DNA from: Flavobacteriales bacterium
GTDB taxonomy: Bacteria > Bacteroidota > Bacteroidia > Flavobacteriales > TMED113
Assembly: GCA_002718035.1 (NCBI GenBank)
Contig: PBCX01000005.1
Coordinates: forward strand, 30,359-94,358
Direction: 5' to 3'
DNA: 64,000 nt
A model generated the notes under the pieces. The model made no database searches, was not told the DNA's origin, and was given only the letters and a program-made list of their open reading frames with translations. The translations under genes and the position numbers were made by a program. Shown one piece after another: positions 39,363 to 50,374 of the stretch (the stretch's first letter is position 1; each line of letters begins with the position of its first letter).

Positions 39363-41357
39363 ATGGCAGTACTACATACACTAAGAACTAACAAAATATT
39401 AAAAACCCTGACTTTTATAATAATAGGAGTTGGCATGTATTTATTTGTTGATCCACAATTTGATGCATTTAAAACAATAAGTATGGTATTTTCAGGTGAA
39501 AAAAATGAGTTATCATTAAATTCATACGGAGCTTCAAATGGATATCAATTATATAATTCATATGAGAGGCCAAGTTCAAGAGGGGGTGGGGTATTTATTT
39601 CTGAGCCCGAAGAGATAGCTATGCAAGCGCATTTAAGCTATTTAGATTTCATTCAACAGTCTCAAAATGCAACTAACACTAATAAACGAAATTTGAATTT
39701 GATCTGGGATAATTTTTGTCAAAGGTCATTTATAAAGAAAGAAATGGAGTCTTTAGAGTTTAATTACTCATCTGCTGAAAAAATTGATTTAATAAAAGGT
39801 ACCATTACAGGAATTGATAATGCCGCACCTTTTTTTACAACTTGGTGGAAAGCTTTAAGAACTAATGAAGGAGGTGAGGTAAATCCTGAGATTAATGGGA
39901 AAGTTCTAGAAGACAGTATTACTGTTTGGACTGAAAACAGTAAAGAAAATGAAAATCAAGGTAATTATTTGAATTATAACTTTATTTTTAGACCTTTTCA
40001 TATCTCTAACAATGAAATTAACAGATTCACATCTTTATACAACATGGGTACATTTGCACCAATTTCATATTTAGAAAAAGAATATATAGATTCCAAGAAA
40101 ACATTAGATGGTAAGTTTATTTTTATTCCTTTTAGAGATATAAAAGATAGCGAAGTAGTAATCAATGAAGATGAAATGCTTTCTTATTACAAATTAAATA
40201 AAGAGAATTTTTTAAATGATAACCCAAGCCGTGTTATCGATTATTACATTTTTAACGCTCAACCAACAGAAGAAGATGTTGAACTTGCTAAAAATCAAAT
40301 AGTTAATAGATATTTAAATAATAAAAATCTTGAGACATTAAGATTAGATACAACAAATCAGTCAAGAGATTTATTAAATTTTGTAAAAAAATCTTCTAAC
40401 AACAAAGAAGAGGTTTCTTTCAATAATATTTCTATAAATGATTGGAACACTAAATACTCTTTAATTCCTAATAAAAAATCAGAAAATTATTTTGGTCCAA
40501 TTGTAGAAAACAATATTGTCAAACTTGGAATAATTGTTAGTAAAGACACTGATAGTTTAAATGTTTTATTTATAAATCAAGATATTAATCCATCACCCAA
40601 TACTACTAACGATAATTTTATGAGAGCAAAAGACTTTTTATATAGTTCAACTGATGCTAAAGGTTATGATTTAGAATCAAAAAAATTAGAAAATGTTATA
40701 ATTAAAAAAGATATTTCAATTTCTAATTTGGATGAAAATATTTCAGGAATAGAATCTTCATCAAGACAAATTATTAGATGGGCTTTTGGTATTCCTGATA
40801 ATATTAACGTACCACTATCTTCTATTAAAACTGAGGAGAGATTAGGTACAGCTCGAAGATTTAAGACTGATATTTTTAATCAAGTAGTAGTATACTTAAA
40901 AGAAGTTAATGACCAAGAATTTAAAAGTTATGAGTCAGTAAAATCTCAAATAAAAAAGATTTTATTAGAAAAAAAGAAAGGAGAGCTAGTTGTAAAAAAA
41001 ATATTAGATAATTGGTCAGAAGATATGAACGAATTGTCAAAAGATCTTAATAAAAAAATTGAAAGTGTATCAAATTTCTCTTACTCAACAGCCAATTTTT
41101 CTGTAGCTGGTAATGACCATGGAGCAACAGGTTACTTTTTTTCATTAGATAATAATCAAATATCGCAACCTTACATTGGTGAAAGAGGTGTTTTTATATT
41201 TGAAAATAATGGAATTAAGGAGAATGAAGCTAATATTGAAAATATAATTTCTTCAAGGCAAGCTACTTTAAATAAAGTTAATTCGGAGTTCAACCAAAAT
41301 TTATTACAACAATCTAAGTCAGGAGATATTGTTGATATGAGACATATGTCATTTTAA
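39363..41357 (+). CDS. PpiD/SurA-N-like periplasmic chaperone (peptidyl-prolyl isomerase family annotation)
   Basis: MAVLHTLRTNKILKTLTFIIIGVGMYLFV is the typical PpiD N-terminal anchor. 664 aa; I did not recognise a clear parvulin motif. Confidence 0.55.
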   Translation: MAVLHTLRTNKILKTLTFIIIGVGMYLFVDPQFDAFKTISMVFSGEKNELSLNSYGASNGYQLYNSYERPSSRGGGVFISEPEEIAMQAHLSYLDFIQQSQNATNTNKRNLNLIWDNFCQRSFIKKEMESLEFNYSSAEKIDLIKGTITGIDNAAPFFTTWWKALRTNEGGEVNPEINGKVLEDSITVWTENSKENENQGNYLNYNFIFRPFHISNNEINRFTSLYNMGTFAPISYLEKEYIDSKKTLDGKFIFIPFRDIKDSEVVINEDEMLSYYKLNKENFLNDNPSRVIDYYIFNAQPTEEDVELAKNQIVNRYLNNKNLETLRLDTTNQSRDLLNFVKKSSNNKEEVSFNNISINDWNTKYSLIPNKKSENYFGPIVENNIVKLGIIVSKDTDSLNVLFINQDINPSPNTTNDNFMRAKDFLYSSTDAKGYDLESKKLENVIIKKDISISNLDENISGIESSSRQIIRWAFGIPDNINVPLSSIKTEERLGTARRFKTDIFNQVVVYLKEVNDQEFKSYESVKSQIKKILLEKKKGELVVKKILDNWSEDMNELSKDLNKKIESVSNFSYSTANFSVAGNDHGATGYFFSLDNNQISQPYIGERGVFIFENNGIKENEANIENIISSRQATLNKVNSEFNQNLLQQSKSGDIVDMRHMSF

Positions 41358-42590
41358 AATTTCCATTCTATAAGAATCCAGTTTTAAAAAAAAGAACAAA
41401 AAAATTGTCATACTGATTAAGGCGGTTCCACCATAACTTACAAAGGGAAGTGGAATTCCTACTACTGGGAAAAGCCCTAATATCATACCGATATTTATTG
41501 CAAAGTGACTAAAAAAAATCCCTAAAAAACCATACCCAAATACTCTTGAATATATTGATCTTTGCCTTTCACTGATAATTACAATTCTTACCATAAAAAA
41601 AACAAAAAGAATGATCGTTATTAAAGAACCTAAAAAACCTATTTCTTCTCCAATCGCACAGAATATAAAGTCTGTACTTTGTTCAGGTATGTAATCTCCT
41701 TTAGTTTGTGTTCCTTGAAGAAAACCTTTACCAAATAAACCACCTGAGCCTATACCAATTAAGGATTGATCTAAATTATATCTTTCGCTTTTTGAAATAT
41801 TCTTTCCTAGTAAAACATTTATTCTAGTTTGTTGATGTGGTTTTAACAGCTTTTCAAAGCTATATTCAAAAAAAATTGAAAATAAAGAAAATAAAAAAAA
41901 TAAAAATATACTTTTTTTAATAGATAATTTTTTTAAAATCAACGATATAAAAAATATACTAAATGATAAAATTAAAAAGTATTTAAATGTAAGTAGAATC
42001 GTAGAAATAAAAATAAAAATTAGCATGATTATAAATAAAGGAAAATTTTTATTTAAACCCTCTCTAAAAAGAGGAATAATTAAAAATGCAAAAACTAAAC
42101 AAGATCCCATATCAGGTTGTAGAAAAATTAAAATAACTGGGATACAAATAACTAATGCAATTTTAATCAAGTCGTCTTTTTTTGTAACGGTTGTATCATG
42201 TTTAGATAACAATTTGCTAAGAGCTAGAACAGTTCCAAATTTTGCCAATTCTGCTGGTTGAAATCCAAATATTCCAAAGTCAAACCAAGACTTGGCTCCG
42301 TGCTTTGTTTCACCAAAAAGCAAAACACATATCAATAAAAAAATAGAAAATGCATATATAAAATTTGAAAGTTTCATTAAAAATTTACCATCCAGAATTA
42401 AAATTATTAATCCAATTACAATGGCTATAAAGTGAAAAATTATTTGTTTACCAAACTCTGAATAAATAGAAAATTTTGTAGTTGAGTCATATTCAACAAC
42501 GTATATTGCATAAAGTCCGAGAATTACTAGTCCTATATAATATGTAATTATTTTTAAATCTATATATTTAAATTCTGGACTTCTATTCAT
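41349..42590 (-). CDS. rodA: rod shape-determining SEDS glycosyltransferase
   Basis: FQPAELAKF, PEQSTDFIF and PLPFVSYGGTA motifs. Confidence 0.9.
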   Translation of the reverse strand: MNRSPEFKYIDLKIITYYIGLVILGLYAIYVVEYDSTTKFSIYSEFGKQIIFHFIAIVIGLIILILDGKFLMKLSNFIYAFSIFLLICVLLFGETKHGAKSWFDFGIFGFQPAELAKFGTVLALSKLLSKHDTTVTKKDDLIKIALVICIPVILIFLQPDMGSCLVFAFLIIPLFREGLNKNFPLFIIMLIFIFISTILLTFKYFLILSFSIFFISLILKKLSIKKSIFLFFLFSLFSIFFEYSFEKLLKPHQQTRINVLLGKNISKSERYNLDQSLIGIGSGGLFGKGFLQGTQTKGDYIPEQSTDFIFCAIGEEIGFLGSLITIILFVFFMVRIVIISERQRSIYSRVFGYGFLGIFFSHFAINIGMILGLFPVVGIPLPFVSYGGTALISMTIFLFFFLKLDSYRMEILK

Positions 42591-44463
42591 CTCTTAAGCA
42601 TTTTAATATATATTTTTTAAAATTTAAGTCAAAATATGGTTTATTTCTAAAACTTAAATCTATTGACCTATTAATATATTTTTCTATACATAAGTTCGCA
42701 ATTGGAGCAGCTATGTCACCGCCATCTCCACCATTTTCAATATATACTGCAATTGCAATTTTAGGTTGTTTTTTTGGTGAAAATGCTGTAAATACCGAGT
42801 GATCTTTTTGTTTTATTCTTTTTTTGTAATTTTCAACTGTACCTGTTTTTCCGCAAATTTTTAAATTTGTAATCCTAGATTTTTTTGCTGTTCCATTAAT
42901 ACCTTCAATAGCTCTTTCCATTCCTTTGACCACATATTCAAAATATTTTGTTGAAATAGAAACCTTATTGATTTCACTAAATTTATTTTTAATTAATTGA
43001 AATTCTATATATTCTTTGATTGTACTGTTTCCTTTGGACTCTTTAATAATATGTGGAGTAATAAAGTATCCTCTATTTCCTAAAATAGCAGTATAATTTG
43101 CCAATTGAATTGGAGTTACTAGGAGTTCACCTTGACCAATACCAAGTGAAATGCAATTAGAAGGACCCCAGTTTTGGCCTTTATATATTCTTGTATAGTA
43201 TTCTCCATCTGGAACTAGACCGGGGACACCTGCATGTAAATCGTTATTTAGAAAGTCCCCGAAACCAAATTCCTTAATATATTTAGACCATATATTTAAC
43301 CCTAGCTCACTAGTTTTTTCTTTTTTCACGACTCTATAAAATAATTCGCAGAAATACGCATTACAAGATTCAGCTAAAGCATTAGTAATATTCATTGGTG
43401 GGTGATCTGTTCCGTGACAAGCCACTTTCATTTTAGCACCATAGTTCCAACCAAAATTACAATTAATTTTAGTTCCAGTATTAATTATTTTTTCTTCTAA
43501 ACCTATTAATGCTGTCAACATTTTTATTGTTGAGCCTGGAGCGTATGTAGATAGAATTGTCCTATCAAATAATGGTTTATTTGGATCATCTCTAAGCGTA
43601 GGATAGACTTCATTTCTTTTTTTACCAATAAAGTCAGATGGATTATATGATGGGCTTGAAACTAAACATAAAATTTCCCCAGTACTTGGCTCTAAAGCTA
43701 CAATACTACCGTTATAATTTTTCATAATCTTTTCAGCAAATTCTTGAAGCTCAAGGTCGATTGTTAAATTTATAGATCTTCCGGGTATTGGCAGAGTATC
43801 AAAAATTCCATTTTTAAAAGTACTATGATTACCTTTAACATCTTGAATTATATGACTAACTCCCTTTTTACCTCTTAAAATTTTTTCATAGGATTTATCT
43901 ACACCAGCCTTTCCAATTCTGTCTCCACTTTCGTAATAAGAGTTATTTAAATTATTGTTATTAACAACGCCAAGGTATCCTAAAATATTGGCGGCATAGT
44001 TTGTTGAGTATTTTCGAACTAGTCTAGTTTGTTCATATAAACCTTTGAATTGAAATAAGTTTTCAAGAATTGAAAACGGTACTTCTTCCAAAAATAATGA
44101 ACTTTTAGAATTTGAGTACTGTTTAGCTTCGTTTATAATTTTTCTTAATTCTATTTTAGAAATATTAAAGTAATTACAAACTTCAAGAGTGTCTTCTTCT
44201 AATAATTTAAATTTTTTTGGAATAATCATTATATCAACAACACTGTCATTTTTCGCTAAAAGTTTATCAAAACGATCAAAAATTAATCCACGTTCGGGTG
44301 GCTGTACAATTCTTCTTTTAGCATTGTTTTCAGCTAGACTTTGATAATAAGATTTTTTAATTATTTGAATATAAAATAGTTTTACTAAAAAAATTATTGC
44401 GACGCTTAATATTAAAAAATATATAAAAAATCTTCTGTTAGCTAGAATAAAATTTCTCTTCAT
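42583..44463 (-). CDS. mrdA: penicillin-binding protein 2 (elongasome transpeptidase)
   Basis: SxxK (PGSTIKM), SxN (ESCNAYF), KTG (GKTGTVE). Confidence 0.9.
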   Translation of the reverse strand: MKRNFILANRRFFIYFLILSVAIIFLVKLFYIQIIKKSYYQSLAENNAKRRIVQPPERGLIFDRFDKLLAKNDSVVDIMIIPKKFKLLEEDTLEVCNYFNISKIELRKIINEAKQYSNSKSSLFLEEVPFSILENLFQFKGLYEQTRLVRKYSTNYAANILGYLGVVNNNNLNNSYYESGDRIGKAGVDKSYEKILRGKKGVSHIIQDVKGNHSTFKNGIFDTLPIPGRSINLTIDLELQEFAEKIMKNYNGSIVALEPSTGEILCLVSSPSYNPSDFIGKKRNEVYPTLRDDPNKPLFDRTILSTYAPGSTIKMLTALIGLEEKIINTGTKINCNFGWNYGAKMKVACHGTDHPPMNITNALAESCNAYFCELFYRVVKKEKTSELGLNIWSKYIKEFGFGDFLNNDLHAGVPGLVPDGEYYTRIYKGQNWGPSNCISLGIGQGELLVTPIQLANYTAILGNRGYFITPHIIKESKGNSTIKEYIEFQLIKNKFSEINKVSISTKYFEYVVKGMERAIEGINGTAKKSRITNLKICGKTGTVENYKKRIKQKDHSVFTAFSPKKQPKIAIAVYIENGGDGGDIAAPIANLCIEKYINRSIDLSFRNKPYFDLNFKKYILKCLRDE

Positions 44464-44957
44464 TTTTTAAATATGTAATAAGAAAAGAGTAAAAGTAAGA
44501 TAGTAAAAAAAGAACTTAATAAAGTACTGATTAGAAGATTAATTATTTGCAACCCTGAAAAAAGAAATAATAAAAAATGATGGAGAATACTGCATGATGA
44601 TATATAAACCAAAACTCTACCAAAACTTATATTATTAAAACTAAAGTCATTTAAATTATTTGTTCTTGACGATATAATTTTCATAAAGTTTGGCCTAAAA
44701 TAACCTAAAATTAAGCAACTAAGTCCATGAATTGGACCTATGTCTGATAAAGTATTAGATCCTAGATCAATTAATAAGCCAATTGAGAATGATGTCATTA
44801 GTATAAAGAGATTTCCTTTAATTGGATGTATAAATAGAATAAATAATATATAAATGTAAGGGTTTATCCAATTATTAAATAAAAACTGATTAAAGATAAT
44901 TATTTGGATTAACCAACAACCAAAAAAACAAGCTATTAGTGTTTTAGTATTTTTCAT
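44460..44957 (-). CDS. mreD: rod shape-determining protein MreD
   Basis: 165-aa polytopic membrane protein between mreC and mrdA. Confidence 0.7.
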   Translation of the reverse strand: MKNTKTLIACFFGCWLIQIIIFNQFLFNNWINPYIYILFILFIHPIKGNLFILMTSFSIGLLIDLGSNTLSDIGPIHGLSCLILGYFRPNFMKIISSRTNNLNDFSFNNISFGRVLVYISSCSILHHFLLFLFSGLQIINLLISTLLSSFFTILLLLFSYYIFKK

Positions 44958-45789
44958 TTAAACTATTAATTTCAGAACTTAAATCATCGATAATTATTAA
45001 AGCACTATTTATATTTTTAAAATCAACGCCAATTAACACATCAATTTTATGTGAATTTGAACTTTTTTTATTTTGGAAATTTAAAATTGTTCCAATAAAT
45101 ATTCCTTCGTAAAAAGATTTTGATTTAGAGCTCGTAAATATAGAATCACCATTCGAAATTTTTATTTCATTTCCAACTCCCTCAAGTGTCGCTATTTTAT
45201 AATTTGCTCCGTCCCATTTTAAAACCCCTTCTTCAACAATACCATTGTTAGTTTTGATTGATGTCAATAATTTAGAGTATTTACTAATTATTGTTGTTAC
45301 TTCACAAAAATTATTTGTAGTATTACTAACAACTCCAATAATTCCATTATTATTAAAAACACCCATATTTTTTTTAATTCCATTTCTTGAACCTTTGTTT
45401 AATATGATGGTATTATTTGGCAGGGCCCAACTTGTGTTTTCTACCTGAGCTGGAATAAATTTATACCTTTTATTTTGTGGAGACTGAATACTTCTTGCAA
45501 ACTCTTTATAAGTTTTCAACTCATTATTTTCAAACTTAAGAAATTCATTTTCCTCAGTTAGTTTACAGTTGGCTTGTTCAAGATTTGAATTTATATTTTT
45601 TAAATTAATGTATTGAGTAACTTTATTTTCAAGGCTTTTTGAGTTATAAATAATATTTCTAAATATATTAAGTGCATTGGCTTCATTGTATGGATTAATT
45701 TTAAGAATAAGAGTTAAACAAAAAAGAAAAAGAAATATGAAAATAATAAAAACATGATATTTAATTAATATTTCAATTAAAAAACGCAT
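44944..45789 (-). CDS. mreC: rod shape-determining protein MreC
   Basis: N-terminal TM and coiled coil, beta-rich C-terminal domain (GIIGVVSNTTNNFCEV, GDSIFTS). Confidence 0.8.
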   Translation of the reverse strand: MRFLIEILIKYHVFIIFIFLFLFCLTLILKINPYNEANALNIFRNIIYNSKSLENKVTQYINLKNINSNLEQANCKLTEENEFLKFENNELKTYKEFARSIQSPQNKRYKFIPAQVENTSWALPNNTIILNKGSRNGIKKNMGVFNNNGIIGVVSNTTNNFCEVTTIISKYSKLLTSIKTNNGIVEEGVLKWDGANYKIATLEGVGNEIKISNGDSIFTSSKSKSFYEGIFIGTILNFQNKKSSNSHKIDVLIGVDFKNINSALIIIDDLSSEINSLNEKY

Positions 45790-45796
45790 TTTATAT

Positions 45797-46828
45797 TTAT
45801 CTCATTAAGAAAGTGTAGTGATCAACATTTTTTAATGCAATTCCAGTTCCTCTAACAACTGCTTTTAATGGATCTTCTGCTATAAAAACAGCAAGGTCTG
45901 TTTTTGCAGATATTCTTTTTTCTAGTCCTCTTAACATTGAGCCGCCGCCAGCTAAATATATTCCTGTATTATAAATATCAGCTGCTAGTTCAGGAGGAGT
46001 CATTGCTAAAGCTTGCATAATTGCATCCTCGATTGAACAAATAGATGAGTCAAGGGCTTGAGCTATTTCTTTATACGAAACTATTACTTGTTTAGGCTTC
46101 CCAGTTGTTAAGTCTCTACCTTGAACGGGCCAATCTTCTGGTGGATTTTCTAGTTCTTGTGTTGCTGCGCCGCATTGAATTTTAATTTCTTCAGCTGACC
46201 GATCACCTACAACTAAATTGTGGTGTGTTCTCATATAAAATTTTATATCCGAGGTGAATATATCTCCCGCAACTTTTACTGATTTATCACAAACGATACC
46301 ACCAAGTGAAATTACTGCAATTTCTGTTGTTCCTCCCCCGATATCAATTACCATATTTCCTTTAGGTTCCTGTACATCAATACCAATACCAATTGCGGCA
46401 GCCATTGGTTCATGAATTAGATAAACTTCTTTAGCACCAGAGTGTTCAGCAGAATCTCTAACTGCTCTTTTTTCTACTTCAGTAATTCCGGATGGAATAC
46501 AAATTACCATTCTTAGTGCTGGGGAAAAAATTCTACTTTTTAAGGCAGGAATTTTTTTAATAAATTCTCTAATCATAGATTCAGCTGCATCGAAATCTGC
46601 AATAACTCCATCTTTTAATGGTCTTGTTGTTTCAATACCTTTATGTGCTTTTCCATGCATTTGTTGAGCCTTGACACCAACCTCAATAAATTTACCGGTT
46701 TTAGTTTCCATTGCAACAATTGAAGGTTCATTAACAACAACTTTATCATTATGAATTATTAAAGTGTTCGCTGTACCTAAATCAATTGCAATATCTTCAG
46801 TAAGATTCATAAAATCAAGTAATCCCAT
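45797..46828 (-). CDS. mreB: rod shape-determining actin homologue MreB
   Basis: IDLGTANTL, VIDIGGGTTEIAV and LAGGGSMLRGL motifs. Confidence 0.95.
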   Translation of the reverse strand: MGLLDFMNLTEDIAIDLGTANTLIIHNDKVVVNEPSIVAMETKTGKFIEVGVKAQQMHGKAHKGIETTRPLKDGVIADFDAAESMIREFIKKIPALKSRIFSPALRMVICIPSGITEVEKRAVRDSAEHSGAKEVYLIHEPMAAAIGIGIDVQEPKGNMVIDIGGGTTEIAVISLGGIVCDKSVKVAGDIFTSDIKFYMRTHHNLVVGDRSAEEIKIQCGAATQELENPPEDWPVQGRDLTTGKPKQVIVSYKEIAQALDSSICSIEDAIMQALAMTPPELAADIYNTGIYLAGGGSMLRGLEKRISAKTDLAVFIAEDPLKAVVRGTGIALKNVDHYTFLMR

Positions 46829-46839
46829 ATCTTTAATTT

Positions 46840-48357
46840 TTAATGTTTAAAATGTCTAGTCTTAGTTAAAACCATACTTATATTATTTTTATTACAACTA
46901 TCAATAGATAGTTTATCATTGATTGATCCTCCAGGTTGAATTACAGCTGAAATATTTTCTTTAGCTGCAATTTCTATACAATCCGGAAAAGGAAAAAATG
47001 CATCTGATGCCATAACACTGTTTTTCAAATCAAACTCAAATTTTTTGGCTTTTTCAATAGCTTGTTTTAATGCATCAATCCTTGAAGTTTGACCACAACC
47101 AATTCCGATCAGTTGTTTATTTTTTACCAAAACAATAGCATTTGATTTTGTATGCTTACAAATAGTACTAGCAAACAGTAAATCTTCTATTTGAGATTTT
47201 GATGGTTTTAATTTAGTTATTTTCTCCAAATTTTCCTCTTTATCTATCAAAATATCTTTCTCTTGTGCTAAAATTCCAGTTAGGATTGATCGATATTGAT
47301 TCTTATTGTTTAATGATAAATCATTAATTTTCAATATAATTCTATTTTTTTTTGATTTTAGAATTTTAAGAGATTCACTAGAATATTTAGGAGACAAAAT
47401 TATTTCAAAAAATAATTTATTAATACTACAAGCTACATCGTAATCAATTTCTTGATTAGTAATTAGAACACCACCAAATGCGGATATTGGATCGCCGGCT
47501 AACGCTTTCTCCCATGCTTTAAGTACCGATTTATCTACTGCTATTCCACACGCATTGTTATGTTTTAAAATTGCAAAGGTTGGCTCTTTGCAATCCTTAA
47601 TTAAATTAATTGCTGAGTCAATATCTAATAAGTTGTTATAAGAAATTTCTTTACCATTTAATTGTTTAAAAACTTTATTTAAATCACCATAGTAAACACC
47701 TTCTTGATGGGGGTTTTCACCATATCTAAGTTTTTTTGACTCAAAAATATTTATTTTAAGAGAGTCTTTCTTAGAATTATTAAACCATGAAAATATTACT
47801 TGATCATAGTTTGAAGAAATTTCAAATGCTTTTTTAGCAAAATCTATTCTGTCTTCTATCGAAGTTTTACCGTTTCTTTTTTTTATGATTTCTATAAACT
47901 TTGGTATCAATTTTTTACAGGGAACAATCATAACATCCTTAAAATTTTTTGCACCTGCTCTAATTAATGAAATACCACCAATGTCAATTTTTTCTATTAT
48001 ATTTTGTTCGCTATCATTATTTTTAACTGTTTCTTCAAAGGGGTATAAATCAACAATTACTAAATCAAAAACAGGAATATTATATTTTTCTAAATCCTTT
48101 AGATCATTTTTGTTATTACTTCTTTTTAAAATCCCACCAAAAATCTTTGGATGTAATGTTTTTACTCTTCCACCTAAAATTGAAGGATAATTAGTAATTT
48201 CTTCAACTGAGGTCACTTCACCCCCTAATTCCTCAATAGACAACTTTGTGCCACCTGATGAAAATAATTTTACATCAAACGAGATAAGTGTCTCTATTAA
48301 AGGTTTTAAATTATCTTTTTTAAAAACGGATATAAATGCGTTTTGTACTTTTTTCAT
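46840..48357 (-). CDS. purH: bifunctional AICAR transformylase / IMP cyclohydrolase
   Basis: GGRVKTLHPKIFGGIL, DIGGISLIRAGAKN, RHFKH C-terminus. Confidence 0.95.
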   Translation of the reverse strand: MKKVQNAFISVFKKDNLKPLIETLISFDVKLFSSGGTKLSIEELGGEVTSVEEITNYPSILGGRVKTLHPKIFGGILKRSNNKNDLKDLEKYNIPVFDLVIVDLYPFEETVKNNDSEQNIIEKIDIGGISLIRAGAKNFKDVMIVPCKKLIPKFIEIIKKRNGKTSIEDRIDFAKKAFEISSNYDQVIFSWFNNSKKDSLKINIFESKKLRYGENPHQEGVYYGDLNKVFKQLNGKEISYNNLLDIDSAINLIKDCKEPTFAILKHNNACGIAVDKSVLKAWEKALAGDPISAFGGVLITNQEIDYDVACSINKLFFEIILSPKYSSESLKILKSKKNRIILKINDLSLNNKNQYRSILTGILAQEKDILIDKEENLEKITKLKPSKSQIEDLLFASTICKHTKSNAIVLVKNKQLIGIGCGQTSRIDALKQAIEKAKKFEFDLKNSVMASDAFFPFPDCIEIAAKENISAVIQPGGSINDKLSIDSCNKNNISMVLTKTRHFKH

Positions 48358-48463
48358 TTTAAAAAAATTTGACTTTAAAATTCACAGGGTTTTCTTTCTT
48401 AAAAATAGAGATTTGTTCAAATATTTTAAAATAAATTAAAAGAAAAAATCTTTTAATTTATAA

Positions 48464-49045
48464 TTAATTAACAGGAACAACTTCTTTTATCTCTTCTCCA
48501 ATAATGTCTCTTAATCTTTTTTCAATACCTTGCTTTAGTGTAAAAGTTGAAGAAGGACATCCGTTACAAGCCCCTTGTAACAGTACTTTTACTATACCAT
48601 TATCATAAGAAATTAGTGAAATATCACCACCATCTTGCATTACGTATGGTCTTATGTTTTTCTCAAAAACTTCTTCAATTAACAATTCTTTTTTAGTTCT
48701 TTTTCGATTTATTTTAACACTAGGTTTATTTTCTTTATTTATCTTATTTTTATTAGAAACTAATATCCCAGAATTAAGTTTTTCTTGAATCATAACACGG
48801 ATTTCAAATGATATATCATCCCATTCTATTTTGTCATTTTTTTCTATTGAAATAAAGTTTTTTCCAAGAAAAATAACCTCAACAAATGGCAACAAAAATA
48901 ACTCATAAATTAAAGGAAAATTATTTTGTGTTGGAGTATTATCAAACTCTATCATTTCAGAGGAAATTATTTGATTACAAACAAATTTCATGACTTTAGG
49001 GTTTGGTGTATATTCGGAATAAACTGTATAAATTTTTTCTTTCAT
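48464..49045 (-). CDS. NifU/Nfu family Fe-S cluster carrier (Nfu_N plus NifU C-terminal domain)
   Basis: YTPNPKVMKFV N-domain and CNGCPSS CxxC motif. Confidence 0.8.
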   Translation of the reverse strand: MKEKIYTVYSEYTPNPKVMKFVCNQIISSEMIEFDNTPTQNNFPLIYELFLLPFVEVIFLGKNFISIEKNDKIEWDDISFEIRVMIQEKLNSGILVSNKNKINKENKPSVKINRKRTKKELLIEEVFEKNIRPYVMQDGGDISLISYDNGIVKVLLQGACNGCPSSTFTLKQGIEKRLRDIIGEEIKEVVPVN

Positions 49046-49848
49046 ATAAAAATATTTTTCTCTTTTAAATGTATTTCTTTATTGAAAAAAGATTTTGCGT
49101 TTTCCTGAAAACTAGTTGTTAAATCAGAAATATAAAATTCATGTTTTTTTTCATATTTAGTAGCAGTCATTAATTTTTTTATTTTCAATTCATTTTTAAT
49201 ATATCTCCCAATAGATTCTAATGAGCTAATAATTTCAATTTTATTATTATAAATTTCATTAATTTCTTTTTTAATTAGAGGATAGTGTGTGCAGCCTAAA
49301 ATTAATGTGTCAATTGATTTAAGTTTTTTATGATTTAGGTATGTTGCAATAATTTTTCTCTTTATTGTTGCATCATGAAATCCAGTTTCAATCATTGGTG
49401 CTAACAATGGTGTTGCTAATGAAGATATAATGCAATTTTTTTCAATTTCTTTAATTTTCTTTTCGTAAACACCTGATTCAATTGTAGTATTTGTACCAAT
49501 TATACCAATATTATTTGATTTCAGTTCTTCTATTTTTTTAATTACTGGGTCGATTACATTAAATATTAAGTAGTCATCACCAAGTTTTTTTTTAATGTTA
49601 TTTAAAGCAATACATGAAGCAGTATTACAAGCAATGATAATTGCTTTACAATTTTGTTCAATTAAAAAATCACAAATTTTGGAGCAGTAATTTATAATAT
49701 TTTGTTTTGATTTCTGTCCGTAAGGTAAATGAAGCGTATCTCCATAATACACAATTTTCTCATGTGGCATTAATTCTGTGATTTCCCTAGCTACGGTTAA
49801 TCCGCCAATTCCTGAATCAAAAATTCCTATTGGAAAATCAGATTTCAA
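49042..49848 (-). CDS. murI: glutamate racemase
   Basis: GIFDSGIGGLTV, ACNTAS and LGCTHYP motifs. Confidence 0.9.
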   Translation of the reverse strand: MKSDFPIGIFDSGIGGLTVAREITELMPHEKIVYYGDTLHLPYGQKSKQNIINYCSKICDFLIEQNCKAIIIACNTASCIALNNIKKKLGDDYLIFNVIDPVIKKIEELKSNNIGIIGTNTTIESGVYEKKIKEIEKNCIISSLATPLLAPMIETGFHDATIKRKIIATYLNHKKLKSIDTLILGCTHYPLIKKEINEIYNNKIEIISSLESIGRYIKNELKIKKLMTATKYEKKHEFYISDLTTSFQENAKSFFNKEIHLKEKNIFI

Positions 49849-49851
49849 ATA

Positions 49852-50364
49852 TTAAAGTTTTAATTTCTTTTTTACAGCAGAGGTAATATCATTAGAACCA
49901 GGTCCATTGTTGAAAAGTATAACATTAAAGCCGCTTCCGGTATCAAGAATATAAGAATACTTTCCATCTTTAGCTACATCGTTAATGGCATTTTGTATTT
50001 TTTCTACAACAGGGGCAAGTAAATCATTTTGTAAGGCTTGTAATTCTTTCTGTGCATCCTGTGCAAAAACTTGCATCCTTTGTTCTAGATTGATTGCTTC
50101 TTCATACTTAGCTTTGATTACAGACTCACTTTCACCATCATTTTGTGCTTTTTGAAATGCTTGAGCGGCTTCTTGAGCTTTTTGCATCATTTCTGCATAC
50201 ATTTCATCCATTTTTTTTGACTCTTTTTGGATTTTAGTTTCAATGATTTTAATGTCTGGCATATTAGACATTATTTCTTGTGAATTTACGTGACCTATTT
50301 TTTGTTGACAAAAAACACTAAATGTAAACAAACACAATAGTGTAGTGAGAAATATTTTTTTCAT
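49852..50364 (-). CDS. OmpH/Skp family periplasmic chaperone
   Basis: Signal peptide and coiled-coil Q/E/K-rich body. Sits immediately downstream of bamA. Confidence 0.75.
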   Translation of the reverse strand: MKKIFLTTLLCLFTFSVFCQQKIGHVNSQEIMSNMPDIKIIETKIQKESKKMDEMYAEMMQKAQEAAQAFQKAQNDGESESVIKAKYEEAINLEQRMQVFAQDAQKELQALQNDLLAPVVEKIQNAINDVAKDGKYSYILDTGSGFNVILFNNGPGSNDITSAVKKKLKL

Positions 50365-50374
50365 ATTTAAAAAT

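Noticed and set aside
47885-48190. 101-aa antisense ORF inside purH, and similar 60-95-aa antisense ORFs in the track (for example 3373-3679, 7912-8450, 8893-9081, 10857-11087, 11426-11689, 12487-12738, 26868-27104, 28725-29696, 42025-42261, 52616-52861, 60142-61341, 62171-62455)
   Set aside because: All are nested in strongly supported conserved genes and have composition-driven sequences. I treat them as shadow ORFs.
48358-48463. Possible ZTP (pfl) riboswitch upstream of purH, and a weak AAAAGA/TCTTTT hairpin after the nfu gene
   Set aside because: The spacer is almost pure A/T and lacks anything like the GC-rich conserved ZTP pseudoknot core. The hairpin is too weak to call.
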